Assembly (NCBI GenBank): GCA_016840035.1
Contig: JAEOTC010000044.1
Span: 1-24,713 of the forward strand
DNA: 24,713 nt
Reading direction: 5' to 3'
Source: Candidatus Hodarchaeota archaeon
Lineage (GTDB): Archaea > Asgardarchaeota > Heimdallarchaeia > Hodarchaeales > Hodarchaeaceae
Shown here: in pieces, positions 1-9,154 of the stretch
Numbering within the stretch: the first letter of the stretch is position 1
Layout: each line of letters opens with the position of its first letter
Position numbers and translations under genes: made by a program
Notes under the pieces: generated by a model
Database searches by the model: none
Told to the model about the DNA's origin: nothing
The model's input: only the letters and a program-made list of their open reading frames with translations

Positions 1-299
1 ATCGGTCGATTGTCATTCTCTGTGAAGAAGAAGAATATTGCGAGGCAGACAAAGATTATTCCCATAATGGCAGAGAAAAGGTAGAGTACAACTCCTATAA
101 GTGCTATAGATAATGTAATTGAATTAGGCCATGACCAAGTCCACGGAGATCGAAATGATTGAGTTTGGACTGAAATACCACCAAGAGAAGTTAAATATTC
201 AGCTACATATTCCGCTGCTTGTCTTTCTTCATCGGAAGTTGATCCACGAGGGCCAATTTCATCAGCAAGTTTCCTTATGTGCAATTGAATATCACTCAT
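1..299 (-). CDS. Partial (runs off left edge) membrane-associated M28/M20-family metallopeptidase
   Basis: Not in the ORF track. Manual translation from ATG at 299: MSDIQLHIRKLADEIGPRGSTSDEERQAAEYVAEYLTSLGGISVQTQSFRSPWTWSWPNSITLSIALIGVVLYLFSAIMGIIFVCLAIFFFFTENDNRP..., open to base 1. 'IGPRGSTSDEERQAAEYV...VQTQSF' resembles the M28 N-terminus and is followed by a TM hairpin. Zinc ligands would lie outside the window. Confidence 0.7.
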   Translation of the reverse strand, partial: MSDIQLHIRKLADEIGPRGSTSDEERQAAEYVAEYLTSLGGISVQTQSFRSPWTWSWPNSITLSIALIGVVLYLFSAIMGIIFVCLAIFFFFTENDNRP

Positions 300-419
300 T
301 CGAATATTCCTCTATTTGTGCTCTATAATCTATTATTTCACGAATAGAGAGTAGTCGATTCATTCAACAATTTAAGTGTTCCTTAGCAATGAAAAACCAA
401 AGAGTTTATTCAATCAATC

Positions 420-1106
420 TTATGAAACTGGATCGACGTAGAGAGTGGTAGCAAGGCTTTGAGGAATAGTATATTCTGAACCTTCGGTCTGAACTCTCGT
501 ACCTTTTTGAGAGTGCTGAATTACCTTAATTTTAGTTCCTATTCCCTTTATCCCTAATTTAAGCAACTTTTGAGCTGTTTCATGGTTGTGGATTGATACT
601 CGAGCCAAACTAACCGTTGTCCCCTCAGGAGTATCAGTAATTGTTTGATCTGAACATGCGAAATCCTCACTTACCTTCATTGGTATCATAATTCCAAATG
701 GTGTCTTTTTCTCTGGAAGTACCTCGTAAATATGTTCAGCCATTAAATCCGAGATTGCGTGTTCAAGAAGACATGCCTCTTCGTGAATAGTTTCGAATGG
801 CATCTTGAAAATTTGAAAAAGCAAGGCTTCAGCTAATCTATGATTACGTGCGATCTTTTGAGCTACTCGAAATCCCTCATCCGTAAGACGAACACCTTCG
901 TAGGGTTGATAACGGACATATCCCAATTTTTCAAGTTTTCTTTGTACTATATTGGTTAATTGTGTTTTTGATACTTGCGGCCCAAGTCTATTGAGTATTT
1001 GCTTCATTTTAAGGTAGGATTCGTCACAGAGCGCTAGATGAAGGTCAAAAAGTGCCTCCATTATTTCTTCCTCAATATCTCGAAGATTATGAGATTTACT
1101 GTGCAC
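420..1106 (-). CDS. DtxR/MntR-family metal-dependent transcriptional repressor with C-terminal FeoA/SH3-like domain
   Basis: wHTH 'KLEKLGYVRYQPYEGVRLTDEG'; dimerisation/metal site 'RNHRLAEALL...HEEACLLEHAIS'; 'TPFGIMIP'; FeoA-like tail 'KLLKLGIKGIGTKIKV'. GTG start. Confidence 0.9.
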   Translation of the reverse strand: MHSKSHNLRDIEEEIMEALFDLHLALCDESYLKMKQILNRLGPQVSKTQLTNIVQRKLEKLGYVRYQPYEGVRLTDEGFRVAQKIARNHRLAEALLFQIFKMPFETIHEEACLLEHAISDLMAEHIYEVLPEKKTPFGIMIPMKVSEDFACSDQTITDTPEGTTVSLARVSIHNHETAQKLLKLGIKGIGTKIKVIQHSQKGTRVQTEGSEYTIPQSLATTLYVDPVS

Positions 1107-1321
1107 AATTATCCCAACTATGATCTGTCATGTAAAATGATGACTAAGTACTTTTAACTCTTAGGATCTTAGAATTTAAGATGAGGAAATTCAGTATTCA
1201 ATACAAGATTACTCTTAATAAGTAACTATTAAAAAAGGTAAAAATAAAACTACCCTCGTACTTAGATACCTACTCTTCTTGTGGTTAGTAATTGATCAAA
1301 GTGTTGTGTGGGTGATCAGAT

Positions 1322-1810
1322 ATGGAAGATACACAAGGATTTATTGGTCTCTGGATTATAGATAAGGATTCGGGAATCCCAATTTCCTCTTTTGAATTTG
1401 GTCACTCAAAAACAGATTCTGTTCTTTTTGGTGGATTCCTAGTGGCATTGAGGGGAATGGCACACGATTTTGAGATTGGACAACTGACATCCTTCCAGAC
1501 AGACAATGCTAATTTAATTATAACGGGTTCAGAAGCAATACTTAGTGTGATAGCAATCACTCGAGAGTCAAATTCCGATTGTTGGTATCCAACCTTAGTG
1601 ACAATCAATAATCACGCAGAAAATTTCTATCGATCCTATCAAGAAAAGGAGTTAATTGTTGATACTGGTGTAAATGAGCATCTAGTACCTGAATTTAAAC
1701 GGATTATTGTTAAAAATATTAATTCCTTGAAGAGTAATTTTAACGATCATTGTAATTCAAAAAAAGAAGAAAAAGTAGCAGATAAACTTAAAGATAGTGG
1801 TTTATGGTAG
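1322..1810 (+). CDS. Longin/roadblock-like (profilin-like fold) domain protein
   Basis: 'LWIIDKDSGIPI...DSVLFGGFLVALRGMAHDFEIGQLTSFQ...LIITG..ILSVIAI' fits the beta-beta-alpha-beta-beta-beta-alpha pattern of Asgard longin-like proteins. GGGTGA SD-like site upstream of the ATG. Confidence 0.6.
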   Translation: MEDTQGFIGLWIIDKDSGIPISSFEFGHSKTDSVLFGGFLVALRGMAHDFEIGQLTSFQTDNANLIITGSEAILSVIAITRESNSDCWYPTLVTINNHAENFYRSYQEKELIVDTGVNEHLVPEFKRIIVKNINSLKSNFNDHCNSKKEEKVADKLKDSGLW

Positions 1811-2589
1811 ATGTGGAAAAAATGATTTCAGAGATACTACTAATTCAACAACAAGTTTCAGAAATTCCTCCTTTAGCATTAATTGCAGAGGGTACAGCTT
1901 TACTAGTATATGCTTTTTTAACTTGGAATCTCTCCTCTAAATGGAGGAGTACAAGAAAAGATGCGACAAGGAACTTATTTTTAAGCTTTACGTTATATTT
2001 TATCGCTGTGTTAATGTTATTCAGTACTAAAACGACCAATTTCCTAACAGGTGATGAAATTGATATTTCTACACTGGGAATTAATACTGGTTATGCATTT
2101 TCATTACTTGGTAATGTATTCCTATACTATTTCACTGATAACATCTTCTTTGATGAAGAGAATAGAAAAACATACTTGAAAGAATTCATAACTCTTACTA
2201 ACGGAGTGACTCTGGGTTTCCTGATGGTATTCATCTTTCAAGTCCAATCAGCTCCCTTTCTCGAGATTCCAGGGACGTATATCTCTGTTCATCTACTTAT
2301 TTGGCACGTACTGGTTTCTACGGTAGGTTTTATAATTCTCTTTGTGAAAGCATTCCAATCAACGATCAAAGCTAACACCAGGGTGTCTAGAGGTGGTTTT
2401 CTTATGATTAGCTTTTCCGCAATCTTTGAAATGCTAGTTTTTGTCTTTTTCTTTCTAGATCTTTTCACTGGTGCGGGTTATAGCACTTGGTATTTCATTG
2501 CTTGGGTAACTGCCTCTTTAGCAGGATTATGTAGTATGATTGGATATTTAATGCCAAATTGGTTTAGAAGATTACTAGGTGGAAGCTAA
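1804..2589 (+). CDS. Stand-alone 7TM membrane protein (HisKA_7TM-like sensor type, uncharacterised)
   Basis: Seven hydrophobic segments ending in 'GYLMPNWFRRLL'. No soluble output domain. ORF overlaps the upstream gene by 7 nt (the start could be a later Met). Confidence 0.65.
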   Translation: MVDVEKMISEILLIQQQVSEIPPLALIAEGTALLVYAFLTWNLSSKWRSTRKDATRNLFLSFTLYFIAVLMLFSTKTTNFLTGDEIDISTLGINTGYAFSLLGNVFLYYFTDNIFFDEENRKTYLKEFITLTNGVTLGFLMVFIFQVQSAPFLEIPGTYISVHLLIWHVLVSTVGFIILFVKAFQSTIKANTRVSRGGFLMISFSAIFEMLVFVFFFLDLFTGAGYSTWYFIAWVTASLAGLCSMIGYLMPNWFRRLLGGS

Positions 2590-2630
2590 GTAATCTAATC
2601 CATTAGTTTCAAAGGGAGGGATAACTTTTT

Positions 2631-3695
2631 CTAGCTCGGATTACACTTCGAGCATTTAGGGTCGCAACCGAACATATCTCCAGAATAGTAATATGCAGAT
2701 GAACGGCATCCAAAGCATATCTCGTTTTGATCACAATCAGAACATGGTTCAGGTAAATCCTCTGGATTTCGAAGCTTTTTCATCAGAATATCCCCAGGAT
2801 TCTCTTCTAATAATTCAACTAAACTCAGATCTTTATGATTTCCAAATTCATTAGTTCGAATAACGCTACAAGGTGTGTAGTTCCCTTCATTTGTAATGCA
2901 TATCATACTCCCACAATAAAATTTGTTTACATCCATGGTGGAAAATGAAAGATCATTCTCATACATGATTTCATCGCGACCTTGATAGGCTTTTTGTATT
3001 AACGTATTAGAAGGTACTAACTCGTCCCGAGGATCAGAACTAGCAACTGGATTATAGAGTGTAAGAACTGTTCTTATTCCTTTATTATTCCAAAACCATG
3101 CCATAGTTTCATACACGTCAGCAACAGCAATTGGCTTAGTCAGTGTTATGCAGTTCCAAATTTCATTTGGATCCTTATCTGAAGAAAGGATATTTTCTAC
3201 TCCTTGGACAATCGCCTCAATATTCTCCTCGACTCTGAATTTGTGAACCTGTTTATACACATCTGGATTGAGCGAATCAAGGTGAACAGAAATAAAACCA
3301 CCATTTTGTGTCACACTTACCGCTTTCTGAGCAATATTTATGTTCTTTAGTGGAATGCCAGAAGTCCAAATGTTGTTGATCAATCCCTTTTCTTGAGCAT
3401 AAAGTAATAGTTCATACCAGTCACTCCGTACAAGAGGATCACCACCTAACCAGTCAATACACCTGACATTAATCTCTGCAGCTTCGTCGATAATTTTTTT
3501 AATTTCACTTGAGCTTAAGAGTTCAGGACTGGTCGGTGTGGATTCCGCATAACAATAAGAGCACCCTTGCGAGCATTTCAAAGTTAATTCTATTTGCAAT
3601 GTATAGATTAAACCCTCATTGAAATACTTTTTTTGAATGAGAGCTTCAGATGACATTCCTCCATGTAGAAATGCAGAATTTGGTTCATCGTACAT
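2631..3695 (-). CDS. Radical SAM/SPASM-domain protein
   Basis: CxxxCxxC 'CSQGCSYC'; 'GGDPLVR'; SPASM cysteines 'CGSMICITNEGNYTPC...CSDCDQNEICFGCRSSAY...DPKC'. Confidence 0.92.
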   Translation of the reverse strand: MYDEPNSAFLHGGMSSEALIQKKYFNEGLIYTLQIELTLKCSQGCSYCYAESTPTSPELLSSSEIKKIIDEAAEINVRCIDWLGGDPLVRSDWYELLLYAQEKGLINNIWTSGIPLKNINIAQKAVSVTQNGGFISVHLDSLNPDVYKQVHKFRVEENIEAIVQGVENILSSDKDPNEIWNCITLTKPIAVADVYETMAWFWNNKGIRTVLTLYNPVASSDPRDELVPSNTLIQKAYQGRDEIMYENDLSFSTMDVNKFYCGSMICITNEGNYTPCSVIRTNEFGNHKDLSLVELLEENPGDILMKKLRNPEDLPEPCSDCDQNEICFGCRSSAYYYSGDMFGCDPKCSKCNPS

Positions 3696-3698
3696 TAA

Positions 3699-4502
3699 TT
3701 ATCGACCTTTAGGCTTTTCAGCAATCCAGAGACCTCTAGTTACTTTTTTGTGTTCAGCAGCCTCTTTCCACGCTTTTATTCCTCCCTCAGCAATTTTATA
3801 AAGTTCCTCACCAAATTCCTCAATAACTGTATCTTTTATCTCCTTAATCTTTGCATGATAGTACTGCATATGAGATGTAAAATCGTCTTGGAGATTTTCA
3901 ATTTCTAAAACTTGGCAATTATTCCGTTCCAAAAGAACCTTATAACCGTCTACTGTTTCTAAATTCGGGAATATCATGAATTCATAAAGAGTATCAGCTT
4001 CTTCTTTAGATAGAGGATTCGTACCTAGTATCCAATCGGTAAAACCTATTTTTCCACCTGGTTTACAGACTCTAACTGCCTCTTGAATCAACTTTGATTT
4101 ATCAGTAATATAGCACCATGCATCTTGACCCCAAACAATGTCTATACTATTACTTTTTACAGGTAAATCCAAAGCATTTCCCATTCTAAATTCAACTTTA
4201 TCTTGCAATTCAGCTTCTTGAGTGCGAGCCGTTGCTTTATCTAACATGGTTTGTGTAATATCTACACCAAGAACTGATGCATTGTAGTTTTTAGCAAGGA
4301 ATCTTGCTGGGCCACCTAAAGCTGAGCAAATATCAAGAATGTAGCTACCAGAAATGACTCCTAGCTTGTCCGCTAATCTCTGAGTTTCCTTCTCTCCTCC
4401 AATATGTATATGTTCACCCATCAATACTTCCCAGAGGATGCCAACAGCCCCGTTATATGCATCTGATACATCTTTTACCGTAAAATCATATGTAAAATTC
4501 AT
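3699..4502 (-). CDS. Class I SAM-dependent methyltransferase (phosphoethanolamine/sarcosine-dimethylglycine N-methyltransferase-like)
   Basis: Motif I 'ILDICSALGGPARFLA', 'VLGVDIT', 'GNALDLP', 'DIVWGQDAWCY', 'VCKPGGKIGFTDW'. Ends 3 nt before the radical SAM start. Substrate class is inference. Confidence 0.85.
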   Translation of the reverse strand: MNFTYDFTVKDVSDAYNGAVGILWEVLMGEHIHIGGEKETQRLADKLGVISGSYILDICSALGGPARFLAKNYNASVLGVDITQTMLDKATARTQEAELQDKVEFRMGNALDLPVKSNSIDIVWGQDAWCYITDKSKLIQEAVRVCKPGGKIGFTDWILGTNPLSKEEADTLYEFMIFPNLETVDGYKVLLERNNCQVLEIENLQDDFTSHMQYYHAKIKEIKDTVIEEFGEELYKIAEGGIKAWKEAAEHKKVTRGLWIAEKPKGR

Positions 4503-4718
4503 ATTTCTTAAGACCTTTTATGAACACTCACAATGCATCTCAGTTTTACCTTCCTATAAAACTCGCGATTCGAAATATGGGATTTATTTTCTGAAAAAAA
4601 CAGTCTATTAAAATGAGATTAATCTCTACGGAATTAGTAATGAATACTCCGATCTTTCAAGGCATAATCATATATAGACTATTACCCTAAAATTAGTAAA
4701 AGGATAGGAGAATTGTCT

Positions 4719-5222
4719 ATGTCACGAGAAATTATTCAAAAAATGCATGAACAGAAAATTTCTGGGGGATATGTTGTTATACTACGACTCTTTCTGGGTT
4801 TTGCCTTCCTTACTACTTGGTTACATAATTTAGTTGAAGGTGTATTTACAAGTTCAGGTTTTGTTGGAACGATTAATTATTTTCTTGAAGATCCAAAACA
4901 TATTGCCACACCTCTTGATTCTATTATTCGCGAGGTAGCTTTTCCAAATGCATTGTTTTTTGGGCTTGGGTGGATGATAATTGAACTAGCTATTTCTCTT
5001 TCACTAATATTCGGAATTTTTACAAGGTTAGGTTCAATAGTAGGTGCTGGTTCTACAGTAGTCCTCGGTTTAGGGTCATTAGGAGTCGAATGGATTTGGA
5101 CGCAACCAATGCTCTTCGTTGGTTTTCTTACTTGTGCTTTAATCGGGGCAGGTAAATGGTATGGAGTAGATTTCTGGTTAAAAGATAGAATTCCTAATAA
5201 ATACAGTAGGATTCTTATTTAA
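4719..5222 (+). CDS. DoxX/DoxD (TQO small subunit)-family membrane protein
   Basis: 'LRLFLGFAFL', 'IELAISLSLIFGIFTRLGS', 'GAGKWYGVD' are DoxX-type motifs. GGAG at 4707-4710 favours ATG 4719 over TTG 4713. Confidence 0.8.
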   Translation: MSREIIQKMHEQKISGGYVVILRLFLGFAFLTTWLHNLVEGVFTSSGFVGTINYFLEDPKHIATPLDSIIREVAFPNALFFGLGWMIIELAISLSLIFGIFTRLGSIVGAGSTVVLGLGSLGVEWIWTQPMLFVGFLTCALIGAGKWYGVDFWLKDRIPNKYSRILI

Positions 5223-6553
5223 GAGGATTTTACTTCCCTATTTTTCTTGAAAAAATGAATAGCTTTTACAGCCGAGCTAGAAAATAATTTACGGAAATCA
5301 AGGAAAAAGAGAGAATAAAACGGGATATATTGAAGTAAACGAATACTTACTGATTCGTACCAAACATTGTTTGCATCGTATTGTATGTATACCGTATACG
5401 AAAAGATAATCAAACCTGACAAGATAATCCAGCTCCATGGTGTGATTTCCTCATCCATTAAGATGAATGGAAAAAGCCAGAGGAGATACCAAGGGTGGAA
5501 TGTTGGTTGTAATAGAAGAAATGAACCAATCACTAATCCAGCATATCTGTATGGTATAACGTCCCTTTCTTGAGCTTTTTTGCTTAGAACTAAAAGAATC
5601 AGTAAAAAAATAGAAGCTGCGATTTGTTTGGCAATCAAAAAGGATGTTGTAACCTCGATTAATAACCATATGATGCTTGCATTGAAATACCATGCTTCAG
5701 CAAAGATGAAAAGTCCAGTTACTAAAACTGGATCTATAAACACTAAAAATAGATAACTAAGTATTCCAATCAAAATAATTGATTGTCCTTCTTTTCTTAA
5801 ATGCTTCCAGAATAAAGGAATTAGGAAGATTGCATAATATTTCAAAAAAATCGCACCTAGAAAAGCAAAACTGCCCCCTACGCTATTTCCTTTTTCGAGA
5901 AACAATAGCCCTACTAACAAGATTAGGACTATCACTGATTCAAAGTGGGAGCCATTTCCGACTTCAAGATGAAAAAGAGGATTCCATGCAAAAATAATGG
6001 TCTTCCACTTATTTTTTCCTATTAATAACTTATCTAGTAATACGATAGAAATGATGAAGGATAGTGAAAACACTATTCTGAATATTAAAGGATCCTCATT
6101 TATCCATGCTAAAATTGCAAACAGAATTAATGCAAGAGGAGGATAAGGAGAGGTTATGTGACTATTATTTACTAATGGGAGGAATTGACTTTGGAAATCC
6201 CCAGGTACTTCATTCAATGAGGTTGCATAAGGATTTAATCCATTGATGATCATCTTTCCCTCTAAAATAAACCGATAAATATCGTCTGATAATGTTATTT
6301 GTGTATTTAAGATGATAAATTGGATTAAAATCGCAAATAAGACAAGGATTGATAAAAAGTTCCCTCTTGATTCGAGATCAAAATGTCGAACACTAATTAC
6401 TAACAGAAGATAAATCGTAAACGGTAACAAGAACATAAGTCCGAATTTTAACTCTGATCGATTTAAACTCGTAGAAGATATCAGTAATAATATTGATATC
6501 ACTAACATACATCCCCCAATTGGAAGAAGAATTGCCCATATATCGGAAATCAT
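5219..6553 (-). CDS. GT-C polyprenyl-phosphate-sugar-dependent glycosyltransferase (GT87/DUF2029-like)
   Basis: 'LSDDIYRF...GLNPY', 'SPYPP', 'AWNPL..LE..GSHFES', 'KYY', 'PTFHPWY'; many TM helices. Start uncertain (ATG 6553 or TTG 6592); the track's 6643 overlaps the upstream gene. Confidence 0.8.
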   Translation of the reverse strand: MISDIWAILLPIGGCMLVISILLLISSTSLNRSELKFGLMFLLPFTIYLLLVISVRHFDLESRGNFLSILVLFAILIQFIILNTQITLSDDIYRFILEGKMIINGLNPYATSLNEVPGDFQSQFLPLVNNSHITSPYPPLALILFAILAWINEDPLIFRIVFSLSFIISIVLLDKLLIGKNKWKTIIFAWNPLFHLEVGNGSHFESVIVLILLVGLLFLEKGNSVGGSFAFLGAIFLKYYAIFLIPLFWKHLRKEGQSIILIGILSYLFLVFIDPVLVTGLFIFAEAWYFNASIIWLLIEVTTSFLIAKQIAASIFLLILLVLSKKAQERDVIPYRYAGLVIGSFLLLQPTFHPWYLLWLFPFILMDEEITPWSWIILSGLIIFSYTVYIQYDANNVWYESVSIRLLQYIPFYSLFFLDFRKLFSSSAVKAIHFFKKNREVKSS

Positions 6554-6602
6554 GAAATTTCTTGAATACGAGCCCTTATTTGACTTCTCCAACCTTTTTC
6601 GC

Positions 6603-8051
6603 CTATTTTGAAGTAACTGACCAGGAATTATATGGTTTACCAACTATCCATCTGATTGAAGCATATAATGCGCTAAATGATTCAATGGGGCCTGCAAGGG
6701 GAGTAATAATTAATAACTTTATAATTTCAATTATTTTCTCTTTTTGTGTAATCTCTTCTATCAATTCTAAGTTCTTCAAGGAACCAATTAATACTCCAAA
6801 TAACCAGAATATTGTACCAGGTAGAAATATAAACCGAGTAATAATGAATTGCGCAGTTCTATAAGATGGGGACACTAGATTTGGATCAAAGTGGAAATCC
6901 ATAAAAAACGAAGGAAATAGAAAAATTGCAAGACTGAAAATAACGAAGCTTGCTGCAAAGAAACTAAGAGAATGAGTCATGATTCTTAGTCGTATCCGTA
7001 CCTTGATAGATAGTTGTTGGCGTTTCGATAAGTATCTGAACTCTGGGATATTATTAAGGAGCTTTAACGCTTGCCAAGCTCCCGTTACCCATCGTGTTCT
7101 AGCATTAAAGGAAGATCGAACTGTAAATGGTGGTTGTTCTGATAGTCGTCCTCCATGCCATCCAAAAATACTTCCTCCATATTTAATGTAAGCTTTAAGG
7201 CCAAATATTAGGTCTTCAGCCAAAAGTGGTCGATTATCCACTCGTCCGAAATCCCAACCGATTTCATCAACAACTTCTTCATCCACTAGAAGGTTTGATC
7301 CATGTAAATGGGTGGGCGGAGGATTTTTCATTACATGGGCACAATGGTGGCAATTAAAGGGACGTGAGGCCTCCATTTGTCGACTGAATATATTTGAGTC
7401 AAAATACTTGTGAGGATAAACAATAGGACCCTCAAATATTTTCTTGGTTGGAGAACTAATTACTGTATGGATAATTTTTCGAAAATCTTCCTCTCTAATG
7501 GTAGATTCAGCATCAAAATAAAAGATAAACGATCTTTGATCCCCATTTATGTTGTTAGAGATCTTTGATTTTCTATATTCAACAGAATATTGAAGACTTC
7601 TTGCTTTATAAAGTGTAGATTTTAAGGTGTTGTATTCAGGAGGAACTGCTAATACTTCTGTAGGAAATAATAAATTTAATTTGGTGAAATAATCATTAAA
7701 TATTTCAATTTCTGAAGGATTATCAGTAACTATTAGAAGTTCAAAATTTGAATTAAATAGTGGATTACCCTTTGATACTTCATATATACTATGGATGCCT
7801 CTTTTTACAACTTCGGCTTCATTTCCACGCGTAGTGATCTGGAACTTAATCTTTGGAAATACTTCACTTGTTTGGCTAAGGAGAATAAATATTTCTTCAT
7901 TTGATGGAGTGAATGGATTCAGATAACTCTTTCTATGTTTCAGATACGAAGGAATCATTTCTAATATATAATAACTTGAACTAAGGAAGAAGAAAAAGCC
8001 ACTTATCATCCAAATTAATACTCCTAGTGGAATTGGCATGTGATAAACCAT
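6603..8051 (-). CDS. Membrane GT2 glycosyltransferase, egghead/BRE-3-like (Glyco_trans_2_3)
   Basis: N-terminal TM; 'TTRG', 'YKARSLQY', 'FDAES', 'HGSNLLV', 'LAEDLIFG', 'EQPPFT...RTRW'; three C-terminal TMs. Confidence 0.8.
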   Translation of the reverse strand: MVYHMPIPLGVLIWMISGFFFFLSSSYYILEMIPSYLKHRKSYLNPFTPSNEEIFILLSQTSEVFPKIKFQITTRGNEAEVVKRGIHSIYEVSKGNPLFNSNFELLIVTDNPSEIEIFNDYFTKLNLLFPTEVLAVPPEYNTLKSTLYKARSLQYSVEYRKSKISNNINGDQRSFIFYFDAESTIREEDFRKIIHTVISSPTKKIFEGPIVYPHKYFDSNIFSRQMEASRPFNCHHCAHVMKNPPPTHLHGSNLLVDEEVVDEIGWDFGRVDNRPLLAEDLIFGLKAYIKYGGSIFGWHGGRLSEQPPFTVRSSFNARTRWVTGAWQALKLLNNIPEFRYLSKRQQLSIKVRIRLRIMTHSLSFFAASFVIFSLAIFLFPSFFMDFHFDPNLVSPSYRTAQFIITRFIFLPGTIFWLFGVLIGSLKNLELIEEITQKEKIIEIIKLLIITPLAGPIESFSALYASIRWIVGKPYNSWSVTSK

Positions 8052-8298
8052 CGAAGAGAATTTGTTGATATCTATGTGCTTGAACAGCTCATGAAAACAC
8101 TTTCTAAAGATGAACGGTCTGTATATTATACTATTTTTGAAAAATATGAATAATTCCTTACGGAAGACGAAACGACATAAAAATTACGGATAATTCAGAA
8201 AATCTGCGAATATAGTAATATATTTAATTGTATAGAGAGAAAGGCAATATCCAGATCCACTCGTTTTTGTAAATTCTTCAAGATGAAGGTTCAAAAGT

Positions 8299-9120
8299 AT
8301 GCCTAGATCAAGATTATTTATTTGGTTACTAAAGAAAGGATTCCCTCTAAGGATTTTCTTCTCGAAATTTACTCGTGTTCCCCTACTTGGAAGAGTAATG
8401 GATTACATGATGTTTGCAGGGGATGATATACTATACTTGCCAAAAGATGAGAGTACTAAAATTGTTGAGATTAATCAACCCCTTGAAAGACATGGGGAAA
8501 CAATTGTACCCTCTAGTATAGTTGAGCATTTTGTTGAGGAAGCAGAATATCATTTTATCATGGATTGGTGTATTTGCCGTTCATCTTCAAAGTGTGACCA
8601 TTATCCAATAGAGTTAGGATGTCTATTCTTGGGCGAAGCCGCCATGAAAATAGATAAGAATCTGGGAAGAAAAGTAACAAAGGAAGAAGCGTTAGAGCAC
8701 GTCGAAAAATGTAGGGAAGCTGGTCTAGTTCATCTGATAGGTAGAAACAAATTAGATACTGTTTGGCTCAAAGTAGGTCCCGGGGAAAAACTACTCACAA
8801 TTTGTAACTGTTGTGATTGCTGTTGTTTATGGCGAATTCTCCCTCATGTCTCAAATAAAATTGCCTCAAAAGTTACTAAAATGCCTGGAGTAAACGTTTC
8901 CGTAAATAATGAATGTGTTGGGTGTGGAACATGTGTTGATGTGTGTTTTGTTCAAGCGATTGAGATAGTTGATGGTAAATCTGTGATAAGCGAAGACTGT
9001 CGTGGGTGTGGTAGATGTGTACTTGTGTGTCCTGAAAATGCTATCTCCCTTACCATTGAAGACGCTAAGAATCTAGAAGAATCTATAGATCGAATTGAAT
9101 CACTCGTTGATCTTACATAA
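8299..9120 (+). CDS. 4Fe-4S-binding (polyferredoxin-like) protein
   Basis: 'CICR...C......GC', 'ICNCCDCCC', and two ferredoxin motifs 'CVGCGTCVDVC' and 'CRGCGRCVLVCP'. Confidence 0.88.
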   Translation: MPRSRLFIWLLKKGFPLRIFFSKFTRVPLLGRVMDYMMFAGDDILYLPKDESTKIVEINQPLERHGETIVPSSIVEHFVEEAEYHFIMDWCICRSSSKCDHYPIELGCLFLGEAAMKIDKNLGRKVTKEEALEHVEKCREAGLVHLIGRNKLDTVWLKVGPGEKLLTICNCCDCCCLWRILPHVSNKIASKVTKMPGVNVSVNNECVGCGTCVDVCFVQAIEIVDGKSVISEDCRGCGRCVLVCPENAISLTIEDAKNLEESIDRIESLVDLT

Positions 9121-9154
9121 TATCCCGAAAAACAAGAGTTTATTCCTGAGAAAA

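Noticed and set aside
131-328. 65-aa plus-strand ORF in the track
   Set aside because: Antisense shadow of the better supported minus-strand M28-like gene (1-299).
1804-2589. Possible rhodopsin or GPCR
   Set aside because: No retinal-binding Lys in TM7 and no GPCR motifs; only the helix count matches.
2631-4502. arsS/arsM arsenosugar genes, suggested by the TIGR04282-like gene
   Set aside because: The radical SAM has a SPASM domain rather than the ArsS-type C-terminus, and the methyltransferase lacks a recognisable ArsM cysteine arrangement.
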